A DNA stretch of 64,000 bases from Eledone cirrhosa (taxonomy: Eukaryota), in contig OZ024753.1 of the NCBI GenBank assembly GCA_964016885.1, forward strand, positions 44,144,001 to 44,208,000. The letters are read 5' to 3'. The translations under genes and the position numbers were made by a program. Within the stretch, counting starts at the first letter, position 1. Every line of letters begins with the position of its first letter. This document shows positions 55,587-64,000 of this stretch, in pieces. The notes beneath the pieces were generated by a model. That model worked only from the letters and a program-made list of their open reading frames with translations, had not been told where the DNA came from and did no database searches.

Positions 55587-55587
<1 letters not shown>

Positions 55588-55775
55588 TAAAAGGAAAAGA
55601 AAATGCTGACAAACTTTTCCCAGTGAAAAATAGTTTAATTAGGAATAAGTATAAATTAGTAATAAGTATTGGTTAGTATTCAGTTTTAGTTTTAAGTTTT
55701 TACCGGTTGCGCATTTCTAATGCTTTTCAAAAATAATTTTGAGATAGAGTGCTCGTGATGTTTACTCTAATCTAA
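55587..55775 (+). mobile_element. Single-arm partial copy of the 11608-12146 palindrome
   Basis: Matches 11616-11803 with scattered substitutions; (TA)n on both sides. Confidence 0.85.
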
Positions 55776-55791
55776 TATATATATATTTATA

Positions 55792-55826
<35 letters not shown>

Positions 55827-56467
55827 TCATCATCATCATTATACGTCCGATCTTTGAAACTAGTTAGACCATTACTCACCAGAGTACTCAATACTCAGAG
55901 TAGTAGAGTATTATTATACTCTTTACAATTGTTTCTACATTTGGCACAAAACCACCAATTATCCCAGTGTATTACTAGTACTTTATTTTATTGACTCCAT
56001 AAGGATGAAAGGCAAGGTTAACCTCAGCGGGATTGAACTCAGACCATAAAGGGCCGTAACTCTTTGCTGAAAAGCATATCGTCTGACCCTCTACCAATAC
56101 TGGGTAAAATCCATGTACTTTTGGAAATATCATTTGAAAGTTATTCTCTATCCCCTTGTTACTATAAAGCTGAGACTAGACCTGACCATATTGCTGACTT
56201 TTAGACATCAACACCAGTGGGAACCTAATTCTTATGATGATTGAATACCAACCATAGTCTAATTTACAATAACAACATATATACGACCATCATTTAAAGT
56301 AGCTTCTCAACTGCCAAGCAATTAATTTCTATAAGTCGTGATGAAAACCCTTCATAAATATTTAACTTGTGTTATTAGCTTTTTCCAAATACCCAGAGGC
56401 ATTGAAAACATGGATATTTCCCATGTTATTGGATGTTTTATGGCTTCAACAGCTCAATGGATGTTGT

Positions 56468-56655
56468 AAGAGGGTCAGCTGACTATGAAGGATTGATGCT
56501 AGAGCTGTGAAATCTTGCATGTCATTAATTAATAACTGCATTGGTTCTTTCCAGGGACTATGTTGAAAAATAAATCTCATTTGGTCATTCCATGAGAGTA
56601 TCTTGGTCAGCATATGAAGGAGTGATGCTAGAGCTGTGAAATCTTGCATGCATTA
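56468..56655 (-). mobile_element. MITE family C, rearranged
   Basis: GAGGGTCAGCTGACTATGAAGG...AAATCTCATTTGGTCATTCCATGAGAGTATCTTGGTCAGC. Confidence 0.7.
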
Positions 56656-57873
56656 AGTATGAAGCTGATCTAAATTTTGTTTGACAATCGCCATATTGTT
56701 ATAAATATACTTTGAATTAGAAATAGAAATGAGCTCCCTGACAGGAATAGAACCAGCAACTTCATTTTAACCAATTTATTGGGCTAACAGGAAATTATAT
56801 TTAGCTGTTAGGTGTGATATATACACCTCTCTCTCTGAACACACACATAAATAAATAAATATATATATATATATATTTTTTTTCCTTACATATATGCATA
56901 TATAGTGAGTGTGATAGAGAATGAGAGAAAGTGTGAGAAAGAAGAAAATTTACAATATAAGAAAGCTTTTGTCAAACCGTAATGGAAATATATAATATGA
57001 TATATATACTACAATATATATAATATATATAATACAATATATATACTGTAATATATATAATATAATATATATAACATAATATATATATACTATAATATAT
57101 ATAATACAATATATATAATATAATATATACAGTATAATAAAATATATACAATATAATAATATATTTGTGGTGTCAAATTTTTGTTTCTATAATTGATTTG
57201 ATGACATCCATTCTCAGACAGGAAAAAAATATATCAATTTCCAACAACAATAACCAAGTTTTTCAAGTAGGAATTTTTTTTCCTTATTAATGAACTATCT
57301 GTGAAAACTACCTTGAAGGTCTGTATAGAATTTTTATAGAAAATTAAAATTCTACCAATAAAAAAGTAAAATCTTACTGCATTGTGTCGCATTTTTCTTT
57401 TTTATATTTCAGGTAGTATGTTAGTATATATTTTTCATAAATAGATTTTGTTTTCAATGGAATTTCAATAATATACATTCAGAATGAGAATGAAATTGAG
57501 CTAAGAGTTTTGATACGATCCTAAACTAAAATAAGGGAAACATTTATGATAGAAATGCAAGCATTGTGTTTTTTTTTTACTTTCACATTGAAAGTGAATC
57601 TTTATATGGTAAATTATGATTTAGATTTATAGGAAAACTGAATAAAGAATGCTGCTATCATCATATTATGCCTGAACATATGTTTACTGATCATACCTTC
57701 ACTGTTGATGAAGTTGTAGGGATAGTATTGCACTGGTGGTGACTATCTCTCTCCAGTTTTGACCAGGGCCGGATTTGATGAGGGGCAAAGGGTCCAAATA
57801 CCCTGGACCCCTGCAGTGGGGGGTCCCTCCAGCGACAGCCGTAGCTATATATATATATATATATATCATTTTT

Positions 57874-57987
57874 TAATATAGAAATGACTTCTAGAGGACG
57901 AGAACTATTTCATTCTTATGAAATTATCAGGAAAGATTTCATATGAATGAAACAGTTCTAGTCCTGTATAAGCCATTTCTATATTAA
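57874..57987. repeat. Imperfect ~50-bp-arm palindrome
   Basis: AATATAGAAATGACTTCTAGAGGACGAGAACTATTTCATTC / GAATGAAACAGTTCTAGTCCTGTATAAGCCATTTCTATATT; single arm at 62336-62390. Confidence 0.75.
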
Positions 57988-58456
57988 ATAATTGTTTCTA
58001 CTTTTGGCACAAGGCCAGCAATTACTCAGTGTATTACTGGTACTTTATTTTATCGACCCCGTAAGGATGAAAGGCAAAGTTAACCTCAGCGTGATTTGAA
58101 CTCAAACCATAAAGGGACGTAACTATATGCTTCAAAGCATGGTGTCCGACTCTCTACCGATACTGGCAATCCACCAATGATGTTTACACTCTACTAATGT
58201 ATTGAATACCTTATTAACTTAATCCTGATTTAACTTGAGATTTACATATATGTGTGTCTATACTCTGTAACTTTGTGACTTGATAGAAACTGATCAATAA
58301 AATACGAACCAGGCTTGCAAAAATAAGTACTGAGGCTGACATGATTCAAAGCTGCTGCACCAGACTGGCCACATTCTAATGACTGAAACTTGTCAAAGAG
58401 AAGTTAACTTAGTGAATACCCTGCATGTCTTAAATAAACATATATAGGAAGTCTAT

Positions 58457-58743
58457 AACTCTTTCATATTTACATTACTCTATATTTACTATTGTATTTA
58501 CTATTGTATTTTCATGGTAAAGGCTTACCTTGCACAATTATCTCACATAATATCGAATCTATGAGATTTTCATGGTAATTATCTCACATGATATCAAATC
58601 TATGAAATTTTGATATTATTTGTGTTTAGAACAATATCTTAACATCAATATGAGTGGCCGGTTACAGCCCATTTGAAGTTTGAACAAGAAAGAGATGAGA
58701 GAATTCTGGCCAGATATGGCTGGTTTAAATGCTAAAGGGTTAA
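58457..58743. mobile_element. piggyBac-type MITE (family H)
   Basis: Homologous to 44077-44284; ends AATGCTAAAGGG-TTAA. Confidence 0.75.
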
Positions 58744-59744
58744 TTTAATACTGTAAATTCATAAAGAACTTGTCTATTTTACTGAATTGTTGATGCTCGC
58801 AGTAGTAAATAAGTTCTTTCTCTTTGTTTAACAAAGACGTAAAAAATATATCAGTGTTCGTCTTAGCTACTTCATCTTTTTAACTTAACTTTTTTCCAGT
58901 CTGTCTCTTCTTTTCCCTTGTAACTCTATTAATGTCAGTATATTTATAAACCAATACAGTCTTATTAATGAAAAACATTACCCTCTTTTATTACTTTATA
59001 ACAATGAATCTGAAAAACATCCTCTTCCCCCGACAACCCACCAAACCTCCAACGACTATTCTAAGCTTATAAACACTGCATTTGTCCATTTTTTATGGTC
59101 TCAGGGTTTTATGAATGTTACAGCAAGCAGACTTACTCAATAACATTTGTTGAAATATATACAATGGTGGACATCAATTTTGTAAGTTATGTTGACACCT
59201 GCTGTGCAATTTATGTTGCTGACTGATGAATGGCTTATGTTGATAACCAGCCAAATCCAATGGCTTAGACGGCTGCAGTTGAAAATATATCTACCAGCAT
59301 TGTTGTGGTTTAACTCTTCACATTCTCTTGTGATTTAGTAGAAAATATCTAAAAGTGGGTTTCTTATTTTAAATCTTTATTGTCTCTTTACTAGTGAACA
59401 GATTGCTGTGAACATTTTTACAGTTTTAGACTAAAGGCTTTAATTTTTTATGTCATAGAATTATAGATTTAGGAAAGAATCACTGGGGAGATTTTACAGG
59501 CAAAACTAACCAGCAGGAGACACAGGGGTAGACCCAGAGTAAAATACTTGGATAACATCCATCAGCTCAGCTAACTTCGCTTCGGCATCCTCCACCTCCT
59601 CCTCAAGAAGAAGTTAAACAGATTTAACATATTTTAACATACTCGTGGAAAAGAGTCACTGATAAATCTTTATTTTAGGCATGTCTGAAAGCATACCCAG
59701 CTTGTGCTTTGCACTTGTAAATTTAAAATTCCATTTTTTTAAAA

Positions 59745-60125
59745 AGCGAAACCTACAGTCAGTAGGCACCTCTTACCAAAATACACCCCCGTCCCACTAC
59801 CCCCCCCCATCCCCCCTTCGATCTAAAGTTATGTTGGTACCACAACATCCAGTCCTAAATAAATGAGGTCGTGTAGGTGTCACGACAAAAGAAAACACAG
59901 TCCACGCTGTAATGTGGCCGTGTATGTAACACGGTAAAAACCTCCCAGTCCACACTGTAAACGTGGTTGGTGTTAGGAAGGGCATCCAGCCATAGAAAAC
60001 CCGCCAGACAGTCCTATACGAGCAAGACAACCAATCTTGCCTCAAGTGGGAAAATTCCCGTCCAAACCCATGAAACTGTGGAAGATGGACATTACACGAT
60101 GATGATGATGAGGATGATGATGATG
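59745..60125 (+). mobile_element. Family F element
   Basis: Reverse complement of 16124-16495. Confidence 0.7.
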
Positions 60126-62552
60126 ATATTACTTTGAATACTCTAGTATTCTTGATAACTTGTCTTATGATCTTAATCAATTTATTGTTATCTTTCATTA
60201 TATATATTTCCTGAAGAGACACCTTTTTAGTAGAGCAACCATAGTGGAGTAAATATCTTGCTGATAATATCCAGTTTTCTCCTCAAATGGACGGGCTATT
60301 AAAGCCGCATTGAAACATCTGTAGTGGTATGTGAATAAATAATAATGTTTCTTCTTTTGGCACAAGGCCAGCAATTATCCCAGTATATTACTGGTACTTT
60401 ATTTTGTTGACCCCCCCCCCCCCCCCCGTAAGGATGAAAGACAAAGTTAACCTCGGCGGGATTTGAACTGAAACCGTAAAGGGCCGTAACTCTAAACTGC
60501 AAAGCATTGCATCCGACCCTCTACCGATACTGCCAATCCAATGAATAAATAATAATAATAATTGTTTCTACTTTTGGCACAAGGCCAGCAAATATCCAGT
60601 ACATTACTGGTACTTTATTTTATCGACCCCGTAAGGATGAAAGGCAAAGTTAACCTCGGCGGGATTTGAACTCAGACTGTAAAGGGACGTAACTATGCTA
60701 GAAAGCATGGCGTCCGACCCTCTACCGATACTAAATAATAATAATAATACTATCCTTGATGTTGTTGAATTTTGAATTGTAAATGTTCTGCCGGAACTGC
60801 CTTTCTTCATTCGGTGTCCATTGGCTCCTGAAGGGAGGCTTCAAAATGTGCAGCAAGCTTTTCTCATCTTACCAATGGAAATAGTGAATTACTACACTAT
60901 AACTGCATATATTGTTACATATATACACATACACATATATATATATATATAGAGGGAGAGGGAGACAGAGAGAGGGAGAGAAAGAAACAAGGCTAAATAC
61001 ACACTATAGTTATGTGGAAAAAACTGAGGCATGTTTCAAAGATAACACAGTTATTTTGTTAAAAGTATCATTTGCGTAAATGTGAGTGTGTGGGTGTGTG
61101 TAAGGTGTAAGTAAGCATCTATGTATATACTTATTATATTTCAAAAATAGCATAGTTATTATCTTTATCAGTTGCGTGTGTGCATATATATGTATATATA
61201 TATATATATGTATAAATATTTCGTATCCAAAGAAATTCTATTTCTGTTATATATATATATATATGTATATACTGTATATATGTAGATATATGTATGTGTT
61301 TGTATGTATATATATATATATAGAGAGAGAGGGGGGGGGGGATTAATATGAATATAAAAGACAAAAGCTATTCATAAATGAAAGCATATATTTCTAGCAT
61401 CTTATCACTTAAGATGTCTTGAAATGTTGATAAGAAAAAGGAAGGATTTCTTCTTTAGAAACAAACTAAATAAAATAATATGTAAAACTCACCAAACAAT
61501 GCATGCCATGATATATGTTTCTAATTTTAACAGAAACAACCCAAATTATATATGGTGAGGCTATTTTATAAATATATGTATAAATAAACGTCTGCAAATA
61601 TAAATACACAATAATATAGATGTTCTTCAAAGTTTCATTCCTTGTATTTGCCATCTAACATTTAGTAGGGAGAATAGATTGCAATAAAATTGGGTCTCCA
61701 AAGAAGTTGGGAGAAAAGTGTGTATATTATTATTTCATTTGTTCATTTAGGTTTGTTTTTTGTAGTTGTTGGTTTTGGTTTTTTTTGGGGGGGGGGGGGG
61801 TTTTGGCACATTTGATTTCGTGAAAGATTGGAAAATTATTTTAGATTTTAGTATGTTTAAAACTTTAAATTTTACTATGATGGATATGAAAATGTGTGTG
61901 TGTATAGCATGTGTATGTGTTTGTATATTTATATATATATATGTAATCAGTTATTTACTCATATATATGTGTGCATGTGTAATTAGAAGGCAGAAACTCT
62001 AGTACTCATACATATATATGTAGGTGTGTGAATACACACAGTCAAACACACACACACACACTCACACATATATAAACAGAAAATCCTCACAGAAAGACAC
62101 TTACATAATACAGAAAGACAGACTGACAATGCGACATGCTAGTTCTCAATATATATATATATGTGTGTGTGTGTGTATATATGTGTGTGTATATATATAT
62201 ATCATCATCATTATCAATTAACGTCTATCTTCCATGCTAGCATATAGATAGATATAGATATATATTTATCCTGGGTTCAATCAGGGGTAACCGCAGTAAG
62301 TAAGGGACTCAATACATAGCAGAGTATAAATATATAATATAGAAATGGCTTCTACAGGACTAGAACTGTTTCATTCGGAAGAAATCATCATGTGGGTATG
62401 CTATGCATTCATGCAAATAGAGTTTAGCTGTCTTAATATGGGAAAAAAAACTTATAGACATGTCATATTGAAGCCTTTCTGAACAATTTCCCTATATCAT
62501 CATCATCATCACATCAGACCATTTTTCACATGGTGGAGAATAGAGTCCAGGG

Positions 62553-62810
62553 CTCATGGCTGGCTGTGAAAGTGTCTAGAGTGGCACCCCAATGACTGGC
62601 TGTACGAGTGGCACTCCAACAACTGGCTGTACGAGTGGCACCCCAATGACTCGCTGTACGAGTGGCACCCCAATGACTGGCTGTACGAGTGGCACCCCAA
62701 TGACTGGCTGCATCTGTGGCACATCTAGAGTGACACTCCACTGACTGGCTGCACCAGTGACACACCTACAGTGACATATCTAAAGTAGCACCCCAACGAC
62801 TTGCTGCAAC
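62553..62810. repeat. 27-bp GC-richer minisatellite
   Basis: GAGTGGCACCCCAATGACTGGCTGTAC about 5 copies plus degenerate units. Confidence 0.85.
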
Positions 62811-64000
62811 AGTTGCGGTAATGTAAATAAATGAATGAATAGCTAATTTAACACACCTTTTTCTCACACAATTTATTTAAGCCTACATCCAATGTTTTTA
62901 TACTCTCCTCAAATTTATCTTTTAATAGTTCATATAGCTTCCCTAGCTTTTAATTTATGAAAATTTTCCCTATCTCCATTTTAATTACTCTAATTTAAGC
63001 CTTTCAAGCTAAATTCATATGTCAACTCCACATCTTTCTATTTTTCTCAACTAATCTGTCATTTCTCTCCTCTATAGCACCAGAATGTATTGTATTTATT
63101 TATCATACTTTAAAATTCTTTATATATTTCATTTTCTCTACCTATTTAATTACTCATTCCAGCTCTTTGAGGTTCTCGTTAATCTAATGGATCTAACTTC
63201 ATTCTCTCGTCACCAATATTTCTCTTTATCCTGCCTTATCTTTAGTTAGTCGACCTCACCTGAAACCAACTTAATTTTAATCCTAACTCATTGCATTAAT
63301 CCCATAATTCTCTTCTTATCTTTCTTTTAACTAACTCTCCAGTTTAATTGATTTTTCATGCAATAGAATATCTCATACAATTTATATGTTTAGTCTATGT
63401 ATAGTTATTACACATTCACACAGGTAGACCACTCACATATATCAATATAAATGCATGTATGTGTGTATATATATATATATATTTATATGTGTGTGTAGAA
63501 ATGTGTTTGTATGTGTGTATGTATATATATGTGAGAGCATATGAATATGTGTGACTGTGTATGCATATATGTGTATGCGTATATCCTCCCTACAAATATA
63601 GTGTTATGTTATAATGTTTTTTTTTGTAATAATAATAATGGTTGTTACCATACCAGTAATACTGAGAATATTTTTAGTTAGAAAATAGAAAAGTCTTTGA
63701 ATGGTAATATGTTTGCCAGAATAAAACTGAAGTTCAACAGCCTGAGAAGCAAACGATTGTTTAGATTAGAGAAAGAAATGACGTTATTTCCTGTTGTAAA
63801 AGAATTACTCTGTTTGAATTTTTAATTTTTTTTATTCAAGATTTTTCCAAACCACATTTTTAGTTTTTATGTTGTTTAATTTTTGTTTTACTTCATAAAA
63901 TTTGTTGTCAAGGTCCCTTTAAATTTCAACGCAATTCTAATCTTATCTCAAAGAATCAAATACTTTTACTGGTAATTGATTTTTTTCCCCCCATTTTTTG

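Noticed and set aside
62526-62765. ORF with ASHWGATRT repeats
   Set aside because: Explained by a 27-bp minisatellite; no splice or homology support
62830-63340. Possible old LINE remnant on the minus strand
   Set aside because: Strand-biased composition only; no readable conserved motif

Overview
AT-rich eukaryotic (animal) genomic DNA dominated by (TA)n/(CA)n/(ATG)n/(GTT)n microsatellites, minisatellites and short transposable-element copies. The repeat content is most consistent with a coleoid cephalopod such as Octopus (inference, not a database result). No intact protein-coding gene, rRNA, true tRNA or CRISPR array is evident; almost all ORFs in the supplied track are translated simple repeats or SINE sequence. 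Recognisable content: two abundant tRNA-derived SINE families, 3' fragments of CR1-, RTE-, Tx1/L1- and R4/Dong-like LINEs, and mariner-, Tc1- and piggyBac-type MITEs. Most notable are (i) at least five type I hammerhead-ribozyme motifs, three within 4.7-6.15 kb and one with a ~100-nt stem II, of the minimal palindromic-stem-III kind known from Penelope-like elements and retrozymes, and (ii) a ~210-bp fold-back element (4 copies, all in (TA)n) whose two arms share copy-specific variants, plus a 539-bp palindrome of similar architecture. A speculative three-exon minus-strand gene end at 34-39 kb is listed at low confidence. All coordinates were read by eye and may be off by a few bases.
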